Positions 11,575-22,900 of a stretch of 64,000 nucleotides of DNA are shown here, piece by piece; positions within the stretch are counted from its first letter, which is position 1; each line of letters begins with the position of its first letter. The position numbers and the translations under genes were made by a program. The DNA comes from Alphaproteobacteria bacterium (lineage in GTDB: Bacteria > Pseudomonadota > Alphaproteobacteria > 16-39-46): assembly GCA_018401675.1 (NCBI GenBank), contig JAGYKM010000002.1:2871-66870 (forward strand), read 5' to 3'. The notes beneath the pieces are model-generated. The model did no database searches and was not told where the DNA came from. It was given only the letters and a program-made list of their open reading frames with translations.

Positions 11575-12159
11575 TTATGCGCGAGAAGCGCCAGGAACCC
11601 ACAAAATGTCATCTTTTCCATTATTATTTTCCACTCTTGAAAGAACGAAAAAATAATCTGAAAGTCGATTTAAATAAAGAAGAACCTTCGGGTTTACATA
11701 GTCTATTTCACTCAATCCCACACAAGAGCGTTCTGCCCGGCGGCAAACAGTGCGCGCTATATGCAAAAAAGCGGACACCTCACTTCCCCCCGGAAGAACA
11801 AAGGATGTAAGAGGTGATAGCTTTTCATTAAGCCTATCGATTTCTCTTTCTATCCTGTCCACATACTCTTGGGTCAAACATAGCCTGTCCGCTTCTGCCG
11901 ATTCAGGAGCCGATTTGTAGCATAGATCAGCTCCCACATCGAAAAGATCATTTTGAATATTCCTGACAAAGAAAAAATGAGATGAATCCCTCATAGACAG
12001 TAGAGTCACACCCAATTGACTGTTTAATTCATCCACAGCCCCTATGGCTTCTATCCGTTTATCTGATTTTGAAACCCGTTCCATACTCCCCAAAGAGGTT
12101 TTACCTTTGTCTCCGGTACGGGTATAAATTCTTGAGAGCAAAACCATATGTGTCTCCAT
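11575..12159 (-). CDS. PduO-type ATP:cob(I)alamin adenosyltransferase
   Basis: 194-aa ORF. The N-terminal IYTRTGDKGKTSL motif and overall PduO/MMAB pattern are present. Confidence 0.75.
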   Translation of the reverse strand: METHMVLLSRIYTRTGDKGKTSLGSMERVSKSDKRIEAIGAVDELNSQLGVTLLSMRDSSHFFFVRNIQNDLFDVGADLCYKSAPESAEADRLCLTQEYVDRIEREIDRLNEKLSPLTSFVLPGGSEVSAFLHIARTVCRRAERSCVGLSEIDYVNPKVLLYLNRLSDYFFVLSRVENNNGKDDILWVPGASRA

Positions 12160-12417
12160 TTTGGGACAAAAAAAATTCCTTAACCATTCAAGCTCAAGTT
12201 GTATCGTCTTTTTGAGTCATAATTCAAGAAGATACGACAAGAAAAATCTCACCACCATTCAATTCCCACTGAAGTTAAAAGCCAATGTTTTTATCACCAA
12301 AAGAGTTTCTTCGGATTAAAATTTATTTTTGCACCTTCTTGTTTTTTATATTACTGTTGGGCCTCATCATGGAGTTCTTCCTTACTTTTTTGTTCTTTCC
12401 AATAAACGAGGCATCCT

Positions 12418-13260
12418 ATGCATACTTCCTCTCTTCGCTTATCCCTCTTACTCGCTACCTCCCTTGTGCTAGGAGGGTGCCTCACCGAGAACACCTATCA
12501 AAGTTTTCCTGTCACTCATTCTTCTCTCTATGAGGATGGCCCGTTTTACGATCCCAACTATGAAATTCAGCGGTCTCGCGATTTGCTCTACCAAGAGCAA
12601 CGCGCCTTCGAAAGAGCCACTCAATCATATAGAGAACAAGAACTCTTTTATCGCCACCATCGATCCATTGAGGCCCATCAAAATCTGATTCGCGCAAGCA
12701 ACGAACAGAATCGTATTCAAAGAGAGCTGCAAAGACGTCAACAAGATCTGGAGATTTTAGAAAGAAATCTTCATAATCAACAAAGAAACCTATTCGAAAG
12801 AAATGCGGGTGTTCAACAAGAGCAAGAACGCATTCAATCTGCTCAACAACGTCAACGAGTTCAAGAGGAAGCACGCATTCAACAGCAAATCCATAGCGAT
12901 GCCAGACTAGCCCAGCAACTCCAAGAGCAAGAACGCGTTCAATCTGCTCAACAACGTCAACGGGTTCAAGAGGAAGCACGCATTCAACAGCAAATCCAAA
13001 GCGATGCCAGACTAGCCCAGCAACTCCAAGAGCAAGAACGCATCCTAGCTGCTCAACATCGTCAACGGGCTCAAGAAGAAGCACGCATTCAACACCAAAT
13101 CCAAAGCGATACCAGACTAGCCCAACAGCTCCAAGAAGAAGAACACCGTCAAGCAACGCAACAGCGTCAACGGGCTCAAGAAGAAGCACGCATTCAACAC
13201 CAAATCCAAAGCGATCACCAGCTAGCCTTACAGCTTCAGGCTCAAGAAGACCAGGGTTAG
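12418..13260 (+). CDS. repetitive Q/R/E-rich lipoprotein
   Basis: It has a signal peptide with a lipobox (LVLGGC). The C-terminal half is built from 35-aa (105-nt) tandem repeats of the form QEQERIQSAQQRQRVQEEARIQQQIQSDARLAQQLQE. Confidence 0.65.
   Translation: MHTSSLRLSLLLATSLVLGGCLTENTYQSFPVTHSSLYEDGPFYDPNYEIQRSRDLLYQEQRAFERATQSYREQELFYRHHRSIEAHQNLIRASNEQNRIQRELQRRQQDLEILERNLHNQQRNLFERNAGVQQEQERIQSAQQRQRVQEEARIQQQIHSDARLAQQLQEQERVQSAQQRQRVQEEARIQQQIQSDARLAQQLQEQERILAAQHRQRAQEEARIQHQIQSDTRLAQQLQEEEHRQATQQRQRAQEEARIQHQIQSDHQLALQLQAQEDQG
12817..13236 (+). repeat. Four copies of a 105-nt in-frame tandem repeat inside the lipoprotein gene
   Basis: Near-identical units begin at 12817, 12922, 13027 and 13131. 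Confidence 0.8.
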
Positions 13261-13474
13261 GATACTAAGGGGCTTTAGAGAAAAGGTCTTTTTAAATACC
13301 TAAATCATCTGGGGTCCTGTTTTTGGTTTTTATAATGAGAAGCGCTAGTATAGGTATTTCTCGGTAGCGTTTGCCCTCTCCTAGTGGTAGCATACGGGGA
13401 GTTTCCATTCTGGCGCTAGAGCCTTTTTATCTTCGTCAGAGCACCCCTTTAAACTTTCGTGGACTGATAGTTGA

Positions 13475-14152
13475 ATGATCTTAGACCTTCTTTTCTTAGC
13501 AATTATTGTTATATTTATCTTCTACCGGTTATTTAGGGTACTGGGAAAGCGCCCCAATTTTGAGAACCCAACCTCGGCATGGGATAATATCTTTTCCGCA
13601 CATTTTAAGAATAAATCCCCTCAAAAGGAGAAGAAAGACAAACCTTCTTCTCCCATCCAGGATGCTCAGTTTGAAGTTACAGAAAATGGTGTTAAAGGGG
13701 GCCAACCTACCATTGACCGGTTCAAACAGATGGATAGTACTTTCACAGTAGGCTCTTTCTTAGAAGGTGCCCAGTCTGCGTTTGATCTTGTCTTACAAGG
13801 ATATGCTGAAGGAAAACTCTCTGAAATCTCCTCTTTTGTAGCGCCAGAAGTCATCAAATCCTTCTCCTCAGAAATCGACAAGAGGGGCACGAAGACATAT
13901 ACTTTGGACATTCACGAGCTTTCTTCAGAGATAATGGATGCTCAGTTAACCCGTTCTTCTATCATTATTGATATTCGATTTTTGTCAGAACAGAAATGGT
14001 CTGAACGAGACGACTCTAATCCTTCCTATCGCCACGATGAAGTGCTCTCCTGCACTGATAGATGGAGTTTTGAGCGTCAACTCAAAAATAAGGATCCCAA
14101 TTGGACCCTTATCGCTACCAATGAAGAGTCCGATCATAAACCCACCGCATAA
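13475..14152 (+). CDS. Tim44-like domain protein
   Basis: 225-aa ORF with an N-terminal TM helix followed by a Tim44-like C-terminal domain. It sits immediately upstream of mltA, as in many alphaproteobacteria. Confidence 0.7.
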   Translation: MILDLLFLAIIVIFIFYRLFRVLGKRPNFENPTSAWDNIFSAHFKNKSPQKEKKDKPSSPIQDAQFEVTENGVKGGQPTIDRFKQMDSTFTVGSFLEGAQSAFDLVLQGYAEGKLSEISSFVAPEVIKSFSSEIDKRGTKTYTLDIHELSSEIMDAQLTRSSIIIDIRFLSEQKWSERDDSNPSYRHDEVLSCTDRWSFERQLKNKDPNWTLIATNEESDHKPTA

Positions 14153-14170
14153 TTTTGGGATGCCTCTATT

Positions 14171-15286
14171 TTGCAAGAAAATGGGATCATTTTATCTTCC
14201 TATGAAATAACTTCTTTTGAGAGTATCCCCCTCTGGAGACAAACCGCAACTTTATCTACCGACGGGTTGCATCAGACCTGGTCTGCGTTTCAGCGTAACT
14301 TTTCAATGACGGCAGAGTTTCCCTTCCTAGCTCCCTGTGCCAAGTATAAGGGCCTATCTCAACGGATCCTTTCTATGTCCTCTCCCACGTCGGGAGAAGC
14401 CCTTTTATCCTTCATGGAAACTCACTTTGACCCCTACCAATTGCCTTCCGGCAAACCTTTCCACCTGACGGGTTACTACCTCCCTGTTCTTGAGGGATCA
14501 TTAGAAGAAGATCCCAACTATCCAGTACCTATCTTTGGTCCACCCAAAGATCTTTTATTCATTCCCGACTTAGGCCCGCTCCTTCCAGAACTTGCCCACA
14601 CCCGCTGGGCAGGGCGCAAAAATGATCATGGCCAAATCGTTCCTTATTTTACCAGATTTGACATTAATCAAGGCGCTCTTAGAGGTGAAACACCTCTTCT
14701 TTGGCTTAAAAGTGAGATCGATGCCTATTTTCTACATATTCAGGGCTCAGGTAAAATACAATTACCCAATGGAGATCTCTTGGATCTCAGATACGTAGCC
14801 TCTAATGGACATCCTTACCATTCTGTGGGCAACAAGTTAATCGCTTTGGAAAAATTGCCATCAAAGCCCCAACTAAGCTCCGAGATTTTTATAGATTACC
14901 TCAAAAATCTACCGCCACAGGTATTGCCTGAGACGCTTTCTCTCAATCCGTCGTATATATTTTTTGAGATTTTAATAAATGCCCATGACCAAGAAAATCC
15001 TGGGCCTTGGGGCACTTTTGGAACTCAAGATAAAAAAATATCCCTCACCCCCCTCCATAGTGCCGCCATAGATCCCGTTTTCATCCCTTTAGGTCTACCC
15101 TTATGGCTCTCCTGTTCTCAGCTCGCTACACCTCTTCTATGCTGCGCCAACGACACAGGAGGCGGCATAAAAGGTCCAGGTAGAATGGATTTGTATTGCG
15201 GCCAAGGCCACGAAGGTCTCATACGTGCAGGTCCTTTGAACCATTCGGCTCAAGTCATCATCTTTAAACCAAAGAATTTGACTTAA
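14171..15286 (+). CDS. mltA: membrane-bound lytic murein transglycosylase A
   Basis: 371-aa ORF with the MltA domain and a C-terminal 3D-domain motif (DTGGGIKG..R.DLY.G). Confidence 0.8.
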   Translation: MQENGIILSSYEITSFESIPLWRQTATLSTDGLHQTWSAFQRNFSMTAEFPFLAPCAKYKGLSQRILSMSSPTSGEALLSFMETHFDPYQLPSGKPFHLTGYYLPVLEGSLEEDPNYPVPIFGPPKDLLFIPDLGPLLPELAHTRWAGRKNDHGQIVPYFTRFDINQGALRGETPLLWLKSEIDAYFLHIQGSGKIQLPNGDLLDLRYVASNGHPYHSVGNKLIALEKLPSKPQLSSEIFIDYLKNLPPQVLPETLSLNPSYIFFEILINAHDQENPGPWGTFGTQDKKISLTPLHSAAIDPVFIPLGLPLWLSCSQLATPLLCCANDTGGGIKGPGRMDLYCGQGHEGLIRAGPLNHSAQVIIFKPKNLT

Positions 15287-15359
15287 GCACAAAGAGTCCA
15301 ACCCAACGTTTTTTACATGGAGTTACGAGATTAGGATACTGTCGGACGAAAGAGTCTTT

Positions 15360-15719
15360 TTAGGAACCTGAAGCTTTTTGTGACTGACTCACTAGTTCTT
15401 TAAAAGTATCCTTTTCATGAACCGCAAGATCCGCCAACACCTTTCGGTCGATGGTGATCTGAGCTTTCTTAAGCCCATTCATGAATTGAGAATAAATCAT
15501 TCCATGTTCCCGAACCGCGGCGTTAATCCTTTGGATCCACAACCCACGAAACGTACGCTTCTTCGCTTTTCTATCGCGATAAGCATATTGAAGACCTTTT
15601 TCAACTTTCTCAACAGCTACACGAAAACATGTACTCGAACGGCCGCGATATCCTTTGGCCATCTTGAGAATTTTTTTGTGACGTTGATGGGTAGTTACCC
15701 CTCTTTTTACACGAGCCAT
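15360..15719 (-). CDS. rplT: 50S ribosomal protein L20
   Basis: 119-aa [23 protein letters not shown] is a canonical L20 N-terminus. Confidence 0.95.
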   Translation of the reverse strand: MARVKRGVTTHQRHKKILKMAKGYRGRSSTCFRVAVEKVEKGLQYAYRDRKAKKRTFRGLWIQRINAAVREHGMIYSQFMNGLKKAQITIDRKVLADLAVHEKDTFKELVSQSQKASGS

Positions 15720-15729
15720 TTATTTCCCC

Positions 15730-15930
15730 TCATCCGTTTGGTAGTAGATATTTTTTAACGACCTTGGCATCCATCTCTTTCATGATGGTAATGCCCCGGG
15801 CAGTTCGAATCATCTTCTGGGGACGTTTGGTCATTCCGTGCCTCTTGTTGGCAGGTCCCATTTTGACCTTACCACTCGCCGTTAGGCGGAAGCGCTTTTT
15901 TGCGCCACTATTTGTCTTCATCTTGGGCAT
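15730..15930 (-). CDS. rpmI: 50S ribosomal protein L35
   Basis: 66-aa ORF. MPKMKT.SGAKKRF is a canonical L35 N-terminus. It lies directly upstream of rplT. Confidence 0.95.
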   Translation of the reverse strand: MPKMKTNSGAKKRFRLTASGKVKMGPANKRHGMTKRPQKMIRTARGITIMKEMDAKVVKKYLLPNG

Positions 15931-16149
15931 TTGTCATCCTTTCTTAAGAAAGTTCTAAATTCAAGGGCTAATAAGGCATGCCCCCTACTTTGGTAACCCA
16001 AAGGTCGGGCCTTCCAGCGCCTCGTTCGTAAAACATCTGTTTTTATAAGACCCTTCAGGGTAAAATGCAAGATCTATTTCTCAAGGACCAGGCCCTATCA
16101 TCCTTTCAAGGGGGAGTTTGTACAAACAGAGAGTCTCGTCTCAACAGAT

Positions 16150-16803
16150 TTAGTCTTTCCCATGAATTTGGGCCCACCACATTGGAAGGGCTAGGATAAG
16201 AATCCTATCAATGCCAAGCTCCGTGGCTTCAGGAGAACCTGGGAGCGCCACAATAAGCTTCCTTCCATATTGTTCAGACGACACTGCCGCCGTGGCACGT
16301 GTATCGAGAGATGGCAATCCAATTTCCTCTTTATTGTCTTTAAACTTATGATAAGTGATCATCCGAAAAAGCTCTCCAAAACCAGGGATCTCTATCTCAC
16401 TAAATTTTTTAACGGCTTCTGGCGTCACATCGGAAATGGAAAATCCAGTTCCTCCAATGAGGAGAACCGCGTCCGTATTTTTATCTTCTAAAGCCTTGCG
16501 TAAAGATGCCTCTACTTCAAGATTCTTCACGACCTTTGTGGAAACTACCTCAAAATCCGCCTTTTTAAGCAACTTTGCTGCAATCTGGCCGGATTCTGCC
16601 CGCTTCGAGTCCGAGGCGGTTATGATGGCCACCTGAACTTTCTGTTTGAGGAACTCCTTTCTTTTTTGGACAATGCGCTCACCCATCTCGCCTGGGCGTC
16701 TTTGGCATTTTCCTTCTGAAAAAACCGTTGAAATGAAACTGAGGCCAATTAGCATGGACAAAAAATAGATTTTCCGGGTGGGTCTTGTTTGTTTAGAAAA
16801 CAT
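16150..16803 (-). CDS. MogA/MoaB-family molybdopterin-binding protein
   Basis: The ORF carries the MoCF-biosynthesis domain motifs VAIITASD...GGTGFS..DVTPEA...PGFGE. The annotated N-terminus includes a hydrophobic segment, so the true start may be an internal Met. Confidence 0.7.
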   Translation of the reverse strand: MFSKQTRPTRKIYFLSMLIGLSFISTVFSEGKCQRRPGEMGERIVQKRKEFLKQKVQVAIITASDSKRAESGQIAAKLLKKADFEVVSTKVVKNLEVEASLRKALEDKNTDAVLLIGGTGFSISDVTPEAVKKFSEIEIPGFGELFRMITYHKFKDNKEEIGLPSLDTRATAAVSSEQYGRKLIVALPGSPEATELGIDRILILALPMWWAQIHGKD

Positions 16804-17035
16804 CTCTACCTCGCTTATTTGATTATAATTTTTGGAAATATCTCTCTGTTCTTAGAAAAACACTTTTTGAAGCTTACGACAATCCCCTATGTGGTTACGA
16901 ACACCCACCTTTAAGAGACCTCGCCTCCCTTAGTTCGTCCATGATCATAAATGAGGTCCTTGTAAAAAAAAGCCTCTTTTGAAAAAAAGCCACCTATGCA
17001 ATGGTAGGGACGAACTTTTTATAGGAGGTACCTTT

Positions 17036-18558
17036 ATGCAATTTCAATTCTCAAGCGCGGCTCCGAAGATCACTTCAGAGACTCTTGTTGTAGGTGTTTT
17101 TGAAGACTCAGGGCTATCTACTGAGGGAAAAAATCTCAACACATCCATGAAAGAAACTCTTTCTCAAGCCATCTCCAAAAGAGGGTTCAAAGGAAAATTG
17201 GGAAAAACTCTTTCCTTGCTTCATCCCCGCGAGGCAGATGCAGATCAGATCATCCTCATTGGTTTGGGTAAACGCGATGAGTGCTCTCCACATTTATTGA
17301 CAGAAGCCGGTGGATTTTTGTATTCTGCGCTCACCCAAGAAAAAATAGAGACGGCTACTTTTCTTGTGGGAAGTGAATCCTTCAAGACCATCTCTTCTGG
17401 AGAAATTGCGGCTCATGTGGCCCAAGGCCTCTTATTGAAATCTTTCTATTTTGGAAAACACCAAACCAAGAAGGAAACCCCACCTATAAAAGCGTTAGCT
17501 TCTGTGAATTTTTATGTATCTTCTGAAGAAGAAGCTAAAACAGCGCGAATGCTTTTTGATCGGTTAGTGAGCATCTCGGAAGGGGTGTTTTATACCCGTG
17601 CGGTAACTTCTGAGCCCCCTAATATGCATTTAACTCAGAGACCTTTGCTGAGGGATTTGAAAGCTTCTCTTCATTGGGTATCAAGGTTGAAGTTCTTGAT
17701 AAAGCCCAAATGGAAAAACTGGGCATGGGATCTCTTTTAGGAGTGGCCCAGGGAAGTATAATTGATCCCCGCCTGGTCATTATGGAGTGGAATGGTGCGC
17801 TAGATAAAAACACGCCCCCTTTAGCCTTTATCGGAAAAGGCGTCACCTTTGATTCTGGAGGTTTATCCTTAAAATCTGCAGATGGCATGATGTCCATGAA
17901 GTATGATATGGGAGGCGCAGGCATTGTAGCAGGTCTTTTAAAAAGCCTCGCTTTAAGAAAAGCACCCGTCCGCGTGGTAGGCGTAGTCGGTTTGGTAGAA
18001 AATATGCCTTCTGGGTCCGCCCAACGTCCTGGCGATGTAGTCACCTCTATGTCGGGTCAAACCATTGAAGTATTGAACACAGACGCAGAAGGCAGACTTG
18101 TTCTTGCTGATGCCCTTTGGTACACTCAAGACCGCTTTAAACCCAAATTCATGATTGATCTGGCCACGCTTACAGGCGCCATCGTCGTTGCTTTGGGTGA
18201 AGAGTTCGCTGGTCTTTTCTCAAATAGCGATCTGCTCTCTGAACAGCTCATGGAAGCCGGTGCCCAAGTAGATGAAAAGGTATGGCGCTTTCCATTCCAT
18301 AAGAACTTTGATGCCCAGATGAAATCAACTATTGCCGATATGCAAAATATTGGTGGTGGCCGCGAGGCAGGCAGTATCACTGCCGCTATGTTTCTTCAAC
18401 GGTTTGTCAATAATGTTCCCTGGGTGCATCTTGATGTGGCAGGCGTGGTATGGGCTAATAAACAACGAGCTTTGTCTCAAAAAGGCGCTACAGGATATGG
18501 TGTCCGCCTTTTGAACCAATTTATTTCTGATTTTTACGAAGACCCCAAACACTCTTAG
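17036..18558 (+). pseudogene. pepA: leucyl (cytosol) aminopeptidase PepA, carrying a 1-nt frameshift
   Basis: The N-terminal domain is in ORF 16979-17740, with a likely start at 17036 after a GGAGG RBS. The M17 catalytic domain (NTDAEGRL, GGGREAG...) is in ORF 17674-18558. The frames join only if a C is restored at about 17635: observed actcagagacc, expected actccagagacc, giving LTPETFAE. Confidence 0.8.
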
Positions 18559-18578
18559 GATAAGGAAAAGGAGAGCCT

Positions 18579-19046
18579 ATGGCTCTCCTCAAGGCCCCCA
18601 TGGTTAACGTTAGCATTTATATCTACAAAAACCCTTTTGAAAAAGTGCTTCCCAAACTTTTAGAAAAAGCCCTTGCCCACAAAGCCCGTTGCTTCATCCT
18701 TACTTCTACAGAGGAAGAAGCGGAAGCCTTGTCTACAAGTTTATGGACTTATACCCCTTTGGGGTTCTTACCACATGGCACCCCAAAAGATGGCTTTTTT
18801 GACCAACAGCCCATTGTGCTTACCTCACAACTAGATCTTGTTCAACAAGTGGATATCTTATTTCTTTATAGTGCCGTGCCCCCTCTCGATTGGATTCAGA
18901 AATTTAAGCGCTGCTTTCATTTTATCCCTCGAGCATCCTCTCAGGATAACTTAAAGGAGACCATAGCGCTCTACAGCGGCCTTTCAACGCCTCCTCAGAT
19001 TTGGCAACAAGAAGAGGTGGGCAATTGGATAAAAGGAACCCCCTGA
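18579..19046 (+). CDS. holC: DNA polymerase III chi subunit
   Basis: 155-aa ORF matching the HolC fold pattern (CFILTSTEEEAEAL...LWTY...FLPHG). It is adjacent to pepA, a conserved pairing. Confidence 0.7.
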   Translation: MALLKAPMVNVSIYIYKNPFEKVLPKLLEKALAHKARCFILTSTEEEAEALSTSLWTYTPLGFLPHGTPKDGFFDQQPIVLTSQLDLVQQVDILFLYSAVPPLDWIQKFKRCFHFIPRASSQDNLKETIALYSGLSTPPQIWQQEEVGNWIKGTP

Positions 19047-19207
19047 AGCCACAAGGTTTTTTTGTTTAGGCTTGAGTTTTAAGTTTAGTTTTGCCATACA
19101 GAAGGAGAACCACGTTTTATAATTTATTATCAAGTCTTCTTGTTTCTTTTTAGAAACCCACTTTAAACGAGCCCCTCTTTTATGAGCTAATTAAGGATAA
19201 TATCGCC

Positions 19208-19633
19208 ATGACTACTTCACAAAGAACCCTTTCAATCATTAAGCCTGATGCAACCCGCCGCAACATCACTGGTCAAATCAACCAACGGTTTGAAAGTCAA
19301 GGGTTGCGTATTGTGGCCCAAAAAAAGATCCGTCTCAGCCTTGCTGAAGCAGAAAAATTTTATGCCATTCACAAAGAACGACCTTTTTTTAAAGATTTAT
19401 GTGCCTTTATGTGTTCAGGACCTATCGTAGTTCAAGTTCTCGAAGGCGACAACGCTGTCTTACTTAATCGGCAAATCATGGGCGCCACGAACCCTGCAAA
19501 TGCCGACGAGGGAACGATTCGGAAAGATTTTGCTGAATCAATAGAAGCTAACTCCGTTCATGGATCAGATTCTGAAGAATCAGCGCACTCTGAAATTCAA
19601 CTTTTCTTCTCTGAATTAGAAATCGTTGGCTAA
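19208..19633 (+). CDS. ndk: nucleoside diphosphate kinase
   Basis: 141-aa ORF. The motifs [17 protein letters not shown] and GATNP are characteristic of Ndk. Confidence 0.95.
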   Translation: MTTSQRTLSIIKPDATRRNITGQINQRFESQGLRIVAQKKIRLSLAEAEKFYAIHKERPFFKDLCAFMCSGPIVVQVLEGDNAVLLNRQIMGATNPANADEGTIRKDFAESIEANSVHGSDSEESAHSEIQLFFSELEIVG

Positions 19634-19657
19634 AATGATTTGGGCTTGAATAAGAAT

Positions 19658-19708
19658 AAAGGACCTCTCTAGGCATCATTTTTACTGATGAGGAGAGGTC
19701 CTTTATTG
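19658..19708 (+). terminator. putative Rho-independent terminator after ndk
   Basis: An inverted repeat (aaaggacctctc ... gagaggtccttt) is followed by tatt. The loop is long and the U-tract weak. Confidence 0.45.
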
Positions 19709-19901
19709 GATCAAGCAAGGATTTTAAAGTTTGTTGGAAGTAGCACCAGCAGCTCCGCCGCAATACCTTGAATTCATTTCTCACTAACAGTACACGCAAA
19801 TAATGTAGGCAAATCAGCTGCGCAGTCTAAGAAAAGTGGCTGATGTCCTATCCCCTCTCATTCCTCGAAGTAAGCCCTCGAGTTGAAGGTCAATCTTCAC
19901 T

Positions 19902-22900
19902 CTAGTCGCTCGGCACTCCCTCCTCAATTTCTATGGGTTCCACTGAATATATATAAGTCATGAAGGATATTATAAATTCTGGCATTTTATCTCTCCCATA
20001 CGAAATAAATCGTTCGATTACACTTTTCTCAACTTTCCACTGTGTTATTTTTCTTTGATTATTACACTCCTCCAGCAAAGTCTCCCTTACCATTTCTTTC
20101 ACTTGTTCTAGCCGTGGAGGCACCAGATCCTTTAAGACTTCATTTCTAGAAGTGACTTGGTACGGAGAAATAATGGACAACTGGGGGACCACACTACTGA
20201 TTTGCTTGGAGGATAGAAGGAGTACCGAATCAAACCCAAACTTTTGAATAATTGGCCGAAGTGCTTCAGGTGCATAGTCCTCAGGTAATTCCAAATTAGA
20301 CTCTAAAAATAAGGCAAAAGCATAGGTAGAAAGCTTACTAAGATCCCTCTTAAATTCATCAAACGCATTGTGGACGTAGGGGTTAAGAAATCTATTCAGC
20401 CACTGTGACGTTGCTCTCCTTACTGTGGTCTTTTCTGAAAAAGTAAATACGAAACCACTGCTTTTTTCCAGAGTAGGGAACAGCAATTTCCTGAGATACT
20501 CCATTTCTCCCTCAGATGTATAAATTTCAGGGAGGTTTAGGGCCAATAGAGTATTTCCATCAAAGTCCGGGTGGGTCAGAATCTGTACACGATCTGTGTC
20601 TTCCAAATCTCTAAACCATTCCCCGGCAAACTTAGGTTGTGTATAGTCTTTCAGTAGGTTATCCCCTAGGTAGGTTAAGCGATATAAGTGGCACTGCAGT
20701 CTTTTCTTTTGATCTGGCAAGAATCTACTTTGTGGAATGTATTTTTTATAAGCATGTATCCCTTCTTGTTCACAGAGACTAACAAGAGCGGATCCCACGG
20801 TGGCATCTTTTCTATTTAGATATTCATCGAGTATTTCAAAAGGATAGGAAAATAGAAGCTCAGGCGAAAGGGGATATCCATCCTTTATTATTTCTAAAAG
20901 ATCTTGAAAACATTCTCTTTCTTTCTCATAAATCTGGAACAGGATCCTTTCAAAACTCTTCCAAGAAGGCTCTTCAAGTAAAGATAATTTCTTGAATACT
21001 TGGTAAACCTCAAATGGTAAGCATTGTGTTGTATTACCTGGGACACCACCTTCCTGACACATCATAAAATAGAACATGCTTTTGCCATCTTTTAAATGAG
21101 TCAGTACCGTTTCTTTTCCATTGTGCTTCATAAGCTCAGCTAATATTAAGGTGACACATTCTCCTGTAAGTTCTGTTACCCCATCGGCTTTGCGCAAATG
21201 AAAGATTTTCAAAATCATGCTATGGTATTGAGAATAGAGTGTCTTTTTATCTATGCCGCCTGCAGCCAAGCCATTCACGATGGCGTTCCATATGGGAACA
21301 GAAAGAAAATACACGAACCTAGATTCTAAGAAGGCGCTGACTTTTTCTTTTGTTGTAGCTAACTCGTTCCATAATGAAACAGGAAGAGCTGCCAAATTAG
21401 TTTTGTTCCTAATTCTGTCTATCTCTCTTCTTGAGTCTTTATCTGTCTGACGCTCTAGCAATTCACCAACAGTAAGGTTATGAAGAGTCATAGACACCTT
21501 TTCTTTTGCTGCTACTGGGGCAAGACCGAATAAATCTTCGGCCTCTGACTCACGGGGCACAACCAGGCTCAGTTGGCAATCAAGTCCCCCTTTCCATCCA
21601 ATTTCTTTCAGACCACTTAATCCATAACGGTTCAACAACCCTCGTAAGGCAAAGGGCGTTTTCGTAAAGTCAGTATTTTTCCATACTCCAAATTTCTCTA
21701 TGGATGTCATTACTGATCGGTTAGACATTTTATGGCTCAACGCAGTCATCATCATGTAATCAGCAACATTAAACTCCCTTTGCTCCCCCGATACTATATC
21801 TTTAGCTGAGAAGGGCCTTAAGCGTTCCGGCCCTTGCAAAAATACTTGCATAGCCTCACAGTCACCTTGAAAAACCGCCGACTTAAATTGACTGGTAGAT
21901 ACTGGGGGCGGAGCTACCTTTAAATTAAGTTGATTATTAAAAATTAACCCCAGCAACCCCTGTTGGGTACGAAACTCATGAAATTGTCGGATTCCAATCT
22001 CTGTCCCCTTCAATACCTCACCCGCTAAAGCAACGGTCTTCTGTTCAACCAACGCCTCTCTGGAATTGTCATGGGGTGTTGAAGGGTAGAAATGTGTTTT
22101 TACGCATGCAGGATTAGAACTTGTTAATAAGCGCACTTCATAATCCAGCAAGCTGAAAGGACGACAGCCATCAGGCGCCAGTTCTTGATATTTTCTTATA
22201 GCTCCTTCCATAACACTACTATGGCCTGCACGAATGTGAGCCATAAATCGTATGACAGGGGGCAGTTCTTTCATCCAACCAGTTTCGCCGTCCTCTAGGG
22301 AGTCGTAAAGGCTAGCAATCGTTCCATCAGGTAAGTGGCGATCCTCAAATGAAAGTGGATGATTAAAAAACCATCCCGAAAGAGCAATACTCTCATGGGC
22401 GTCCTGTGGATCAACAAATATTTGCCTCAAAACACCCAAACGGCGCTTTTCAGATGAGGAAGACGGCAAGTCTAATCCCCTCGCTTCCGGTGTACCTTGT
22501 GCTTTGGGATCACTTTTCTTAAGCTTTGGATCCTCCACATGATAGGAGGTATTGAACACCCCATGTAACTCTTCTGCTAGACTACTTGCTGTCTCAAGCT
22601 TAAGGCCCAATGATGTAAATACATCTACCAAGACGTGCTTCAAGTCGAGTGGTACCTCCGAATGACTGCGTAGCCAATAGGTTAACGTGCGACATCCATC
22701 ATGCTCGGGATTTCCTGTAAGGGCCGCATTTCCAGATACCATTACCTCAAAAGGACTCAGATACTCATTTTCTTGACTGCTCGATTGACACGTATCGGTA
22801 AAAGCTTCTTCTATATTTCCATACCGTTGAGTGACTTTGTCAAACAATCTCCAGTAAACCGGCCGTTCCGGAAAGCCCAAGATCTTTGCTAAGGCACCAT

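Noticed and set aside
12512-13189. A 225-aa antisense ORF overlapping the repeat lipoprotein gene.
   Set aside because: It is an artefact of the low-complexity tandem repeats. It has no start context or independent signal.
16150-16803. The MogA/MoaB-family protein appears to carry a signal peptide or TM at its N-terminus, which could mean a periplasmic MoCF protein.
   Set aside because: This is most likely an over-extended start call. An internal Met (MGERIV...) directly precedes the conserved domain.
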